DNA from: a virus
Lineage: Duplodnaviria > Caudoviricetes
DNA: 41,854 bases
Strand: one strand, 5' to 3'
Virus record (IMG/VR): IMGVR_UViG_3300025653_000075
Coordinates: 1-41,854 of that record
Positions 23,923-34,027 of the stretch are shown piece by piece; position 1 is the stretch's first letter; each line of letters opens with the position of its first letter. The position numbers and the translations under genes were made by a program. Under the pieces are notes generated by a model, which had not been told where the DNA came from, did not search any database, and saw only the letters and a program-made list of their open reading frames with translations.

Positions 23923-25482
23923 ATGGAATACGAAGGTAGTTTACAGAAAGCAAATACAGCTAAAGAACGATATCTTAAACTACAACAAGAAAGAGAACAC
24001 TATTTAGATAGAGCAGAAGAGTGCAGTGAATTAACTATCCCATCACTTATCAAACCTGAAGGTTTTACATCTTCAGATGAATTATACAATCCATTTCAAT
24101 CCGTTGGTGCAAGAGGTGTCAACAATCTAGCAAGTAAACTTCTTTTATTATTGCTTCCCCCTAACTCCCCATTTTTTAGATTATCAATTACAGGTGACGC
24201 TAAAAAAGAATTAGAAGAAAATAAAGACATGAAGACTGACATAGAGAAGTCTTTGTCTGTAATAGAAAAAGAAGTATCAAGTAAAATAGAACAACTTGCA
24301 TTAAGAGTTAGTGTGTTTGAAGCTCTTAAACATCTTATTGTAGGTGGTAACGTATTAACTTATTTACCTAAAAAAGGAAGCATGAGAGTATTTCCTTTGT
24401 CACAATATGTAGTTAGAAGAGATGCGTCAGGTAATGTATTAGAAATAGTTATCTGTGAGAAAGCAAGTATTTTATCTTTAGGTAAAGAAGTATCTGCACA
24501 AGTTATAGCTGACCCAGATTATAAGTCAGACGAAGACATAGAATTATACACACATGTATACAGATTAAATGACAATGAGTTTTATGTTTGCCAAGAAGTA
24601 AACGGAATAAAAATACCAGAAAGTATTGGTACATTTAAAAACGATAGAATGCCTTACCAAGCATTAAGAATGGTAAGAGTTGACAATGAAGATTATGGAA
24701 GAGGATATGTAGAAGAATTTTTAGGTGATTTAAAATCACTAGAAGGTTTATCACAAGCACTTGTAGAAAGTGCGGCGGCTTCATCTAAAGTAGTATTCAT
24801 GGTCAGACCTAACTCTGTTACTAGAAAAAAAGATTTAGCTATGACTAGAAATGGTGACATCATTACTGGTACTGCTGAAGATGTGTCTGTACTACAAGCA
24901 CAGAAACAATATGATTTACAAGTAGTAGAAAAGTCTATTGCTAAATTAGAAGAGAGAATGTCTTACGCATTCTTACTACACACAGCAATACAAAGAGATG
25001 CAGAAAGAGTAACAGCACAAGAAATTAGATACATGGCAGAACAATTAGAGACTGCTATGGGTGGTATATATTCATTACTATCACAAGAGTTTCAATTACC
25101 TTTAGTTTCTATTCTTATGAAGAGAATGGAACAAGCTAATGAAATACCTAAACTACCTAAAGGAACAGTACAGCCTACAATTATTACAGGTATAGAAGCA
25201 TTAGGTAGAGGAAATGATTTACAAAAATTAAGAGAATTTGTTGCAGAGATAGGAAATCTAGCACAGATAAATCCGCAAGTTGTACAGGCGTTAAACCCTG
25301 ATGATTTAATTAAACGTATCGCTATTGGTTTAGGGATTGATACAGATGGTCTATTAAAATCACAAGAGCAACTAGCAGAAGAACAAGCGGCTCAAGAAGA
25401 GCAAATGCAAAATGACCAGATGATGCAAATGGCAGAGAAAGCCATTCCTCAAGTTGCAAATAATTTAACTAAACCACAATAA
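23923..25482 (+). CDS. portal / head-tail connector (gp8-like)
   Basis: GARGVNNLASKL, YGRGYVEE, RVTAQEIR, GIEALGRG motifs. Confidence 0.96.
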   Translation: MEYEGSLQKANTAKERYLKLQQEREHYLDRAEECSELTIPSLIKPEGFTSSDELYNPFQSVGARGVNNLASKLLLLLLPPNSPFFRLSITGDAKKELEENKDMKTDIEKSLSVIEKEVSSKIEQLALRVSVFEALKHLIVGGNVLTYLPKKGSMRVFPLSQYVVRRDASGNVLEIVICEKASILSLGKEVSAQVIADPDYKSDEDIELYTHVYRLNDNEFYVCQEVNGIKIPESIGTFKNDRMPYQALRMVRVDNEDYGRGYVEEFLGDLKSLEGLSQALVESAAASSKVVFMVRPNSVTRKKDLAMTRNGDIITGTAEDVSVLQAQKQYDLQVVEKSIAKLEERMSYAFLLHTAIQRDAERVTAQEIRYMAEQLETAMGGIYSLLSQEFQLPLVSILMKRMEQANEIPKLPKGTVQPTIITGIEALGRGNDLQKLREFVAEIGNLAQINPQVVQALNPDDLIKRIAIGLGIDTDGLLKSQEQLAEEQAAQEEQMQNDQMMQMAEKAIPQVANNLTKPQ

Positions 25483-25491
25483 GGATAACAA

Positions 25492-26229
25492 ATGGTAGAA
25501 ACAGTAGAGATAAAACAAGAAGAAACTACTAGCGAAAAGCCAGTAGAAGAAAATGTTACACAAAGTAAACCTGAAGGCTTACCTGAAAAATTCAACAGTG
25601 TTGAAGATTTAGCAAAGTCTTATGCAGAGTTAGAAAAGAAACTTGGTGACAACAAACAAGAAGAACCCAAAGAAGAAACTCCTAAAACAGAAACTAAAAC
25701 ATCTGATTTAGAGATTGCTGAAAAAGCAGTTGAGAGTGCAGGTTTAAATATGGATAACCTAGCAACAGAGTATAATGAAAAGGGTGAGTTAGATGCTAAA
25801 TCATACGAAGCATTAGAAAAAGCAGGTATACCTAAAGATTATGTAAACCAGTTTATTGAAGGTCAAAAAGCAATCGCTGACCAACAAGCCAACTCTATAA
25901 AAGAAATGGTTGGTGGTACTGATGCTTATGCAGAAATGTCTAACTGGGCGGCAGAGAATATGTCTGAACAAGAAAAGACTGCATACAATACAGCAGTTAA
26001 TTCTAAAGATATAGAAACTGCAAAGTTAGCAGTCGTAGGATTAAAAGCAAAATTTGAAAAAGCTAATGGTAGTGAACCAAAACTCGTAGAAGGTAAAGGC
26101 ACAATTACAGGACAAGATGGTTACAAGTCTTGGGCTGAAGTTACAAGAGCTATGAGTGATGACAGATACCAGAAAGACCCTGCGTATCAAGCAATGGTTC
26201 AAGAAAAATTATCTAACTCAGATTTATAA
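25492..26229 (+). CDS. capsid scaffolding protein (gp9-like)
   Basis: LPEKF...SYAELEKKLG, VGG..AY..M.NWA, DDRYQKDPAY. Confidence 0.92.
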   Translation: MVETVEIKQEETTSEKPVEENVTQSKPEGLPEKFNSVEDLAKSYAELEKKLGDNKQEEPKEETPKTETKTSDLEIAEKAVESAGLNMDNLATEYNEKGELDAKSYEALEKAGIPKDYVNQFIEGQKAIADQQANSIKEMVGGTDAYAEMSNWAAENMSEQEKTAYNTAVNSKDIETAKLAVVGLKAKFEKANGSEPKLVEGKGTITGQDGYKSWAEVTRAMSDDRYQKDPAYQAMVQEKLSNSDL

Positions 26230-26249
26230 ACCAACTAAAAGGAAACATA

Positions 26250-26354
26250 ATGTACGGAAAGAAAACAAAGAAAACTAAAACATTAAAAGGTGGACAGAAA
26301 AGATTACCTGCCGCTTTAAAAGCAAAAATAATGAATAAGAAGAAAAAAGCATAA
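26250..26354 (+). CDS. small basic protein (34 aa, MYGKKTKKTKTLKGGQKRLPAALK...)
   Basis: Translated by hand; AAGGA RBS. Confidence 0.65.
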   Translation: MYGKKTKKTKTLKGGQKRLPAALKAKIMNKKKKA

Positions 26355-26500
26355 TGGCAAAGAACGGATTATACGCCAACATTCATAAGAAACGTGCTAG
26401 AATTAAAGCAGGTTCAGGTGAGAAGATGCGAAAAGCAGGACAAAAAGGTAGACCTACTGCTAAACAATTCAAACGTGCCGCCAAAACTGCGAAAGCATAA
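26354..26500 (+). CDS. small basic protein (48 aa, MAKNGLYANIHKKRARIKAGSGEKMRK...)
   Basis: Translated by hand; TAATG coupling on both sides; GLYANIH motif recurrent in marine phages. Confidence 0.75.
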   Translation: MAKNGLYANIHKKRARIKAGSGEKMRKAGQKGRPTAKQFKRAAKTAKA

Positions 26501-26739
26501 TGGTTGCTAAAAAATATCAAAGTCCTTCTGGTGGCTTAAATGCTAGAGGAAGGGCTTTTTTTAAAAGAAAAGGACATAACTTAAAAGCTCCTGTCACAGG
26601 CAATCCTAAAGCAGGTTCAAGAGCGGCAGGAAGAAAAAAGAGTTTCTGTGCGAGAATGAGCGGAGTAAAAGGAGCTATGTCTAAAAACGGAAAACCCACT
26701 AGAAAAGCATTAGCTTTAAGAAAGTGGAACTGTAACTAA
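26500..26739 (+). CDS. small basic protein (GGLN...RKKSFCARM...LRKWNC family)
   Basis: ORF track; TAATG coupling. Confidence 0.8.
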   Translation: MVAKKYQSPSGGLNARGRAFFKRKGHNLKAPVTGNPKAGSRAAGRKKSFCARMSGVKGAMSKNGKPTRKALALRKWNCN

Positions 26740-26742
26740 AAT

Positions 26743-26825
26743 AGTTGTGCAACACTCATGTGTGGCAACTGCCAACTTTAATTAGCCAAATAACTTGACC
26801 CCTTGCGAGGGACAATCTTGACTAA
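26743..26825 (+). promoter_or_regulatory. structured 5' leader of the major capsid gene
   Basis: Hairpin AGTTGT/GCAACT with ACAC/GTGT; second hairpin TTAGCCAA/TTGACTAA enclosing TTG/CAA and CCCT-TGCG-AGGG. Confidence 0.5.
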
Positions 26826-26878
26826 ATAATTAATTGAAGAGGCTTTTATAAACTAACGTCATAACAAAAGGAAACACT

Positions 26879-27856
26879 ATGGCAAATGCAAGTCCAGTAT
26901 CAGTTGGACGAGTAAATGCAGGTGGTTCAGAAGACGCTCTGTTTCTAAAAGTATTCGCAGGTGAAGTTATTACTTCATTTGATAGAGCTTCAAAAACAGC
27001 AGGTGCAGATATGACTAGAAGCATTGCTTCTGGAAAATCAGCAACTTTCCCAGTAATGGGTAGAGTTGGTTCTTCTTACCACACAGCAGGTACTGAAATA
27101 ACTGGTTCTGATGTAAACCACAACGAAAAGGTTATTACAATTAATGACCTTTTAATCTCATCTGTATTCTTATCGAATATCGAGGAGGCAAAAAACCATT
27201 ATGACGTAAGAAGTGCGTATTCACAAGAAATAGGAAGAGCTTTAGCTTTTACTAAAGATAAGCACATCTTACAAACTATTGGTCAAGCGGCACAGGCTTC
27301 AGCAAACGTATCTGACAGTGGATATGCTTCTGGGACTGTACTAACAAACACTTCAATCGCTTCAGCAACAGACGCAACTGCGGCTAATGCTATGATTGAT
27401 AGTTTGTTTGCGGCGGCAAAACAATTAGACGCTAACTACGTTCCTTCAGAAGGCAGAAAATGCTTTATGAGATTGGAAGAATACTACAAATTAGCAAACG
27501 CAACTAATGCGATTAATGTTGATTTTAGTGGTTCAGGTTCAATCGCTGAAGGTAGAGTTACTAAAATTGCAGGTATTGAATTAGTACCTGTAGCTCACTT
27601 TGTATCGTCTAATGTTAACTCTGGTGTAGAACAAGGTTCAGCAACAGCAGGTGGCTCTAACCCTCAAGCGGTAGACCTATCTAACTACGTTGCTCTTGTA
27701 TCTCACCCTTCAGCAGTAGGAACTGTTAAGCTAATGGATTTAGCTGTTGAAAAAGAGTACGACATTAGAAGACAAGGTACGTTAATGGTAGCTAAATACA
27801 GCATGGGTCACGGAGTATTGAGACCTGAAGCGGCTGTAGGTATCAAAGAAGCGTAA
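26879..27856 (+). CDS. major capsid protein (gp10-like)
   Basis: ALFLKVFAGEV, RSIASGKSATFPVMG, MGHGVLRPEAA. Confidence 0.97.
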   Translation: MANASPVSVGRVNAGGSEDALFLKVFAGEVITSFDRASKTAGADMTRSIASGKSATFPVMGRVGSSYHTAGTEITGSDVNHNEKVITINDLLISSVFLSNIEEAKNHYDVRSAYSQEIGRALAFTKDKHILQTIGQAAQASANVSDSGYASGTVLTNTSIASATDATAANAMIDSLFAAAKQLDANYVPSEGRKCFMRLEEYYKLANATNAINVDFSGSGSIAEGRVTKIAGIELVPVAHFVSSNVNSGVEQGSATAGGSNPQAVDLSNYVALVSHPSAVGTVKLMDLAVEKEYDIRRQGTLMVAKYSMGHGVLRPEAAVGIKEA

Positions 27857-27866
27857 TACTTCTACT

Positions 27867-27907
27867 TATACTGGGCGGAGATTAACACTGACAATCCGCC
27901 CAGTGTA
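27867..27907 (+). terminator. GC-rich 13-bp hairpin after the capsid gene (T-phi position, no U tract)
   Basis: TATACTGGGCGGA...TCCGCCCAGTGTA. Confidence 0.55.
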
Positions 27908-27935
27908 CTCACACAAAATTTAACACAAAGGATAG

Positions 27936-28544
27936 ATGACTACACAAATTACACCCACAAGCGAATTACAAGCTGTAAATATAATGCTATCTACGATTGG
28001 AGAAAGTCCAGTTAATAGTATTACAGGCACTACTACAGTTGATGTAAGTACAGCAAAAAATATTCTTAATGAAACATCTATGTCTATCCAATCACAAGGG
28101 TGGAATTTTAATACACATGTAAATTATAAATCATTATCTTTAGATAGTGATAACAAAGTACCCCTTCCTTCAAACTGCGTTAAAGCAGATGCAAACTCCC
28201 AATACAGATACCTAAACTACACTATTAGAAGTGGTTTCTTATATGATATGGAAAACCATACAGATGTATTTACTTCTGCACCTAAATCAGTTGATTTAGT
28301 TTTAGTACAACAGTTTGAAGATTTACCAGAATACGCAAGACAATATATTACAATGAAAGCGGCAAGAAGATTTGCGGCTAGATTTATTGGTGATAGAGAA
28401 ATTACACAATTAATTGGTCAAGATGAGAATGAAGCTCTTATGGCATTCCATCAAGCCGATAGCCAAGAGAGTGATGTAAATATACTTGAAGGTGACAGCA
28501 ATACATTTTCTATAATTCATAGACCTAATAGAAGGAACTACTAA
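27936..28544 (+). CDS. tail tubular protein A (gp11-like)
   Basis: ELQAVNIMLSTIGESPV, QSQGWNFN. Confidence 0.93.
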   Translation: MTTQITPTSELQAVNIMLSTIGESPVNSITGTTTVDVSTAKNILNETSMSIQSQGWNFNTHVNYKSLSLDSDNKVPLPSNCVKADANSQYRYLNYTIRSGFLYDMENHTDVFTSAPKSVDLVLVQQFEDLPEYARQYITMKAARRFAARFIGDREITQLIGQDENEALMAFHQADSQESDVNILEGDSNTFSIIHRPNRRNY

Positions 28545-28546
28545 CT

Positions 28547-31039
28547 ATGGGAAGTGTTGTTTCACAATCTATTCCTAACTTTTTAAATGGTATGTCTCAA
28601 CAGACACCTACGCAAAGAGGTATCAATCAAGGAGCAGACCAAGTAAATTTACAAAATGGTTTAGTAGATGGTTTATCAAAAAGACCACCTTTAGATTTTG
28701 TAGCAACAGTAGACAGTAGTAATATTTATTCTAACAAAACAAAATTTTGGCAAATACAAAGAGATGCCGATAATCAATACATTGTAGCTTTATACAATGG
28801 AGGTATTAAAGTATTTGATTTAGCAGGTAATGAAAAAACAGTTACAGTTGCAAGTGGTTCAAGTTATCTAACTTCAACAAACCCTAGAGAAAACTTTAAG
28901 TTAGTTAACATTGCTGACTATACATTTTTAGCTAATACAGCAACAACAGTGGCGGCTGACAGTGCAACGTCTGCGGCTAAAGTAGAAGAATTTTTAATTG
29001 TTTGTAAACTTACAAACTATGGTAGAGAATACAAAGTTGCCTTAAAACACCCATCAATGGCACAAGAACTAGAAGTAATTTTTCAGTTACCTTCAGGTAA
29101 TGATGCGTCTACTGATAGTAAATTTAGAGATACAAATAAAATAACAGATATACTTTTATATGGTACTTCTAGCACACATTGGGACAGTGCGGCTGATGGC
29201 ATAGGATTTAAAGTAGTAAGAACAGATAACAATGCAACACAATCTACTACACAAGGATTAGCAAACTATTCTGGGTTTACAAACTATTTTACATTTGAAG
29301 CATACGACAGTGTTATTTATGGAAAACCTACTGATGGCAATGCTAACTATACTATAACTACTTCTGATGGTTCTGGTAACACAGCCATGTATTCTATTAG
29401 AGATGAAATACAAGATTTTAGTAAGTTACCTTTTTATGGAAAAGAAGGTGTAATTATAAAAGTTACTGGTGAAGAAGGTGACACATTATCTGATTACTAT
29501 GTAAATTTTTCAGGCAAGTCTGGTGTATGGAATGAAACTATAGCACCTGCAACGTCTGTAGGTTTAGATAATTCTACAATGCCACACGCATTGATTAATA
29601 ACAACAATGGTACATTTACATTTCAACAATTAGATTGGACAGATAGAACCTGTGGAGATATAGAAAGTAATCCTAATCCTACATTTGTTGGTAAAAAAAT
29701 TAATAACCTAACATTTTACAAAAATAGATTAGGAATATTATCAGGAGAAAATTTAGTATTTACAGAGAATGCTTCTTTCTTTAATTATTTTGCAACAACA
29801 TCTACACAAGTATTAGATACTGACCCTATTGATATTGCGGCTTCAGGTACACAAGTTAACACACTTAAAAACTCTGTAGGATTTAACGAAAGTTTATTGT
29901 TATTTTCTGATACAGCACAATACAAATTAGATAGCTCTGGTGAAGGTATATCACCAACAACAGCTATACTTAATGAAGTATCGTCATTTGAACATGATGA
30001 TAAAGTAACACCAGTATCAGCAGGTAAGTTTGCATACTTTGCACAAGCAAGAACAAACAATACAGCAATAAGAGAATACTTTGCTGATGATGATACACTT
30101 ACAAATGATGGTATGGACATTACAGTATCAGTAGGAAACTTAATACCTACTAACTGTTACCAAATTGTCAGCAACACCACAGAAGACACACTTATATTTT
30201 TAGCGTCAGATACAGCAGATAGTCAAACTGCACCTTACAGTGGCACAGTATCTACAACATACGCTAACACAATGTACATCTATAAGTATTTCTTTGATGG
30301 TGGAGAGAAAGTACAAAACGCATGGTCTAAATGGGAATTTACAGGTGTTAAGATTATTGGTGCTATGTCATTAGAAAGTTTTATTTATGTATTAGCGTCA
30401 GAGGGTACTACTACTAAATTATTAAAAATAGATTTAAGAAATTTAAAAGATACAACAATAGGTCATGGTGTTTATCTTGACCTTAAAACTTCAGTTACAG
30501 GAACGTATGATGCGGCAACAGATTTAACTACGTTTACGTCACCTTATGGTGCAAAAACTGGATTGATTGCAGTAGATAGAACTAATGGTAATAACTACAC
30601 AGCAACAAATACTACAGGTTCAACATATACAATCGTAGGAAACCACACAGCGTTATACATTGGTGTTCCATACGAAAGTAAATACACAATGTCTCCGCAG
30701 TATGTCAGAGAGAATACTGGAAGAGGATTAGTAGCAGTAACTTCAGGTAGATACCAAATACGAAACATATCGTTTAATTTTGAAAACAGTGGCTTCTTTC
30801 AAGTAGAAGTAACACCAGAAAATAGAGATACATTTACAACTATTATGAATGGTTATGTCATTGGTACATCTACTTCAGTAATAGGACAACCTGCTATTTC
30901 TACAGGTACATTAAGAGTACCAGTACAAGCAGAAAACACACAGTTTACATTAGATATTAAATCGTCATCACACTTGCCTATGTATATCGCAGGTGCAGAG
31001 GTTGAGGGTTATTATCACAATAGAGCAAGAAGGATTTAA
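28547..31039 (+). CDS. tail tubular protein B (gp12-like)
   Basis: SQSIPNFLNGMSQQ, GLSKRPP, TMPHAL, FYKNRLG, QNAWSKW. Confidence 0.94.
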   Translation: MGSVVSQSIPNFLNGMSQQTPTQRGINQGADQVNLQNGLVDGLSKRPPLDFVATVDSSNIYSNKTKFWQIQRDADNQYIVALYNGGIKVFDLAGNEKTVTVASGSSYLTSTNPRENFKLVNIADYTFLANTATTVAADSATSAAKVEEFLIVCKLTNYGREYKVALKHPSMAQELEVIFQLPSGNDASTDSKFRDTNKITDILLYGTSSTHWDSAADGIGFKVVRTDNNATQSTTQGLANYSGFTNYFTFEAYDSVIYGKPTDGNANYTITTSDGSGNTAMYSIRDEIQDFSKLPFYGKEGVIIKVTGEEGDTLSDYYVNFSGKSGVWNETIAPATSVGLDNSTMPHALINNNNGTFTFQQLDWTDRTCGDIESNPNPTFVGKKINNLTFYKNRLGILSGENLVFTENASFFNYFATTSTQVLDTDPIDIAASGTQVNTLKNSVGFNESLLLFSDTAQYKLDSSGEGISPTTAILNEVSSFEHDDKVTPVSAGKFAYFAQARTNNTAIREYFADDDTLTNDGMDITVSVGNLIPTNCYQIVSNTTEDTLIFLASDTADSQTAPYSGTVSTTYANTMYIYKYFFDGGEKVQNAWSKWEFTGVKIIGAMSLESFIYVLASEGTTTKLLKIDLRNLKDTTIGHGVYLDLKTSVTGTYDAATDLTTFTSPYGAKTGLIAVDRTNGNNYTATNTTGSTYTIVGNHTALYIGVPYESKYTMSPQYVRENTGRGLVAVTSGRYQIRNISFNFENSGFFQVEVTPENRDTFTTIMNGYVIGTSTSVIGQPAISTGTLRVPVQAENTQFTLDIKSSSHLPMYIAGAEVEGYYHNRARRI

Positions 31040-31515
31040 TGAAAGAAAATTATGTACGTCCTGCAAAATTAGAGGACAGTTTACAGTTAGCACCTAAAAT
31101 AAGAAAAGGTGATAGACAAGAAATTATGGCTTCAGATGGTGCGTCACCATTAGAGGCTTTAGTAATTCCATTTACACAAAAGAATGCAAAGATTTATTCT
31201 ATAATTGGAACAAAGTCAGAAGGTGTAATTGGTATGTTTGGTTCTAGTCCAACAAAAGAAAAAGGTTATGGAGTAGTATGGCTTTTATCTAGTGAGACTT
31301 TATTCAAACATACAAAACAATTTATAAAAGAATGTCCCAAGTGGGTAAATGACATGAGTAAAGGTTATAAATACGTCTACAATTTTGTAGATGAAAGAAA
31401 TTGGAAAAGTTTAAAATGGTTACAATTTTTAGGATTTGAACCAAGAAGAAAAATAGGAGATTTCGGTATCGGTAAGATGCCATTTTTATTAATGATGAAA
31501 GAGGTAAATAAATAA
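31039..31515 (+). CDS. gp13-like protein (GNAT-like fold)
   Basis: DRQE, NFVDERNWKSLKWLQFLGF motif; position after gp12. Confidence 0.8.
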   Translation: MKENYVRPAKLEDSLQLAPKIRKGDRQEIMASDGASPLEALVIPFTQKNAKIYSIIGTKSEGVIGMFGSSPTKEKGYGVVWLLSSETLFKHTKQFIKECPKWVNDMSKGYKYVYNFVDERNWKSLKWLQFLGFEPRRKIGDFGIGKMPFLLMMKEVNK

Positions 31516-32018
31516 TGTGTAGTCCTGAAGCGGCACTTAAAATAGCAGGAACAGTTGCAGAGTATCAACAAAAGAAAGCTAACAACAAAGCTATCAGAAG
31601 AGACCAAGAGACAACAAGACGAAATGCCGATAGAGGATATTTACATGACCTAAATAAAATTGACCAAGAGAAAGTCAACGCTGATATGGAAAAAGCAAAA
31701 GCTGAAGTTAAAACTAAAGCTGAAAGAGATGGTGAAATTGCACAAAAAACAAATTTAGGTTTTGGTAATAATACAAAGATAGTCCAATCTATTGGAGCAT
31801 TATATGATGAAGATTGGAATGAAATAACAAGTGGTTATGACAAAGATGTACAAATGTTTCAAAACCAACAATCTGAAGCATTTGCTAATCAATCAAAAAC
31901 TTATAACAGTTTAAGACCTCCAACCGAACCATCAAGAACTGGATTAATAATTGATATAGCTAGTACCGCTTACGAAGGGTACGAAACTAATCAAAAAAAT
32001 AAAAAGGCAAAAGAATAA
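31515..32018 (+). CDS. internal virion protein (gp14-like)
   Basis: MCSP start, helical Q/A-rich sequence, synteny. Confidence 0.75.
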   Translation: MCSPEAALKIAGTVAEYQQKKANNKAIRRDQETTRRNADRGYLHDLNKIDQEKVNADMEKAKAEVKTKAERDGEIAQKTNLGFGNNTKIVQSIGALYDEDWNEITSGYDKDVQMFQNQQSEAFANQSKTYNSLRPPTEPSRTGLIIDIASTAYEGYETNQKNKKAKE

Positions 32019-34024
32019 TGGCAAAATATCAAAGACAAGCAACTAACAAATATTATGGTGCGGCTAACGCAGGGTATGTATCAACAGGTAGTGCTACTGA
32101 TGGTCTAGCAAAAGCATTGACAAATGCAGGTTATAAAGTTGGTAAAGCAGAAGAGTTAAGAATAGATAGAAAAAAAGATAAAGCTATTGCTAAGATAGAT
32201 GAACTATATGCAAATGGTAATACATTTGAACAAATACAATCTCAAATTATTGCAGGAAAACACCCAGAGTTAACTGGTAAATACATTGATGCTACTACAA
32301 ATTATCATGCAGGAAAAGTAAAAGCACATGAAGTTATAGCAAACATAAAAGCTAACAAAGATAAGTATGACATTACTGATGAAAGTAAAAATCTTGATAT
32401 GTTCTATAAAGAATATATGCCTGATACAGCATCAATGGATAGTGCTACACTGTTAGGATTTACAACACATTTTAATAAATTTAAGTCTGTAGACGCATTA
32501 AATGATGCTGAAAATAGAGCCGCTTATAATTCTGAAAAGAAAGTTATGGAAGGCGTAGGTATATTATCTGATGAGCCTATAGAAACTTTAAAGAAAAATT
32601 TGCCATCAATATTAAAAGATATGCAAGTGCCACTACCTATGAGAGATGGTACAGGTTCAACTTTATTATACACTAATGCAGAAACACTAGCAGTTGTTAG
32701 AAGAAGTATAGTTGACATTATTGCAAATGCTAAAACAGAAGCAGATTTAGATAGAGCAGATATATTAATGAATACTAATTTAGGGTATTCTAAAAGTGGT
32801 TCTGCTATTGGCACTTTAGCTTCAAGAAAATCTAAAGAAGTTTTAGCTATACAAGATGAATTAACTAAAAAAAGAAGACAATTAGAAATTAATGATAGAG
32901 AAGAAGCAGATTATCAAAGAAAACAAGAAGTTAAAAAGATTTACGCAGAATTATATTCTGATGTAACTGAAACTGATGAACAGGGAAATGTTACAACACG
33001 TCCTAGAACTCATACAGAAAAGATGGCATTAAGAGATAGATTAGAAGCTATGGGAGATGTTCAAGCTGTAGCTAATTTTGATAAAGCTATGATAGCTGAT
33101 TTATATATTAATGATGACCCACAAATTTTAGATGATTTTATTGTTAAAATTTATTCAGATGGCTTTGCAGACATAGAAGAAATGAAAGCAGAGTTTAACA
33201 AATTAGATACTGACCCTAGAAAAATGGGTGCAATGTTAGACCACTATGAGAACTCACAAAAAGATGACAATGCAAAATTACACATAAATAACCTAGCGTA
33301 TTCTTCAGGCTCTACAGCTATTATGAATATAGTTTCAGGTTCATTTAAAAATCAAAAAAGAGTGGACGCAAGAGTACAAGCACAGGCAGAAAGTTCAGTT
33401 AAACGACATGTAATGAGAGAAATTTATGACTTTGAAAGTGATTACTTTAAACAAAATGGTAAAAAACCAACTAATAAAGAAAGAGAAGCGTTCATGGTTG
33501 AATTAGAAAACTATATTTCTAAACAATATGTAAATGCTCCTGCTTCAACTAAATCAATCGCACAGTTAGAAACTAGAGATGATTTAACTGAAAAAGAAAT
33601 TACTAAAGACTTTGATGAAACTGATAGATTTATCGAAGAAGAAGCACAAAAAGAAAGAGATGCTACAGTTATATCTACAAATGCAGATGGAGAAGACATT
33701 ACACTAGGAAGTTACGTTGATACAGTGTTATCAAACTTCGACACTGTTGACCCACCTAAATTAAGAAAAACAGTTATTGCAGGTATTATATCTGAAGATG
33801 AAAAATACAGGCAACAGACGTTACCTAAAATACAAAAATATATTACCTCAATAGTTGGTGAAACTATGACTAAAGAAGTTTTTGATATGATGTCTACAGC
33901 AGATTACCAAGAAATTGTAAAACAAGTTGCTTCAAATCTTAAAATGACAACAGGTAATAAAACTGAAGACCAAAAGATATATAAACAATTAGATAATATA
34001 TTTAAAACTTTAATAGGAGAATAA
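32018..34024 (+). CDS. internal virion protein (gp15-like)
   Basis: 668 aa helical protein; assigned by synteny. Confidence 0.7.
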   Translation: MAKYQRQATNKYYGAANAGYVSTGSATDGLAKALTNAGYKVGKAEELRIDRKKDKAIAKIDELYANGNTFEQIQSQIIAGKHPELTGKYIDATTNYHAGKVKAHEVIANIKANKDKYDITDESKNLDMFYKEYMPDTASMDSATLLGFTTHFNKFKSVDALNDAENRAAYNSEKKVMEGVGILSDEPIETLKKNLPSILKDMQVPLPMRDGTGSTLLYTNAETLAVVRRSIVDIIANAKTEADLDRADILMNTNLGYSKSGSAIGTLASRKSKEVLAIQDELTKKRRQLEINDREEADYQRKQEVKKIYAELYSDVTETDEQGNVTTRPRTHTEKMALRDRLEAMGDVQAVANFDKAMIADLYINDDPQILDDFIVKIYSDGFADIEEMKAEFNKLDTDPRKMGAMLDHYENSQKDDNAKLHINNLAYSSGSTAIMNIVSGSFKNQKRVDARVQAQAESSVKRHVMREIYDFESDYFKQNGKKPTNKEREAFMVELENYISKQYVNAPASTKSIAQLETRDDLTEKEITKDFDETDRFIEEEAQKERDATVISTNADGEDITLGSYVDTVLSNFDTVDPPKLRKTVIAGIISEDEKYRQQTLPKIQKYITSIVGETMTKEVFDMMSTADYQEIVKQVASNLKMTTGNKTEDQKIYKQLDNIFKTLIGE

Positions 34025-34027
34025 TAA

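Noticed and set aside
27820-27870. T7 10A/10B-type capsid frameshift
   Set aside because: No slippery sequence near the stop and no extended alternative frame before the hairpin and gp11.
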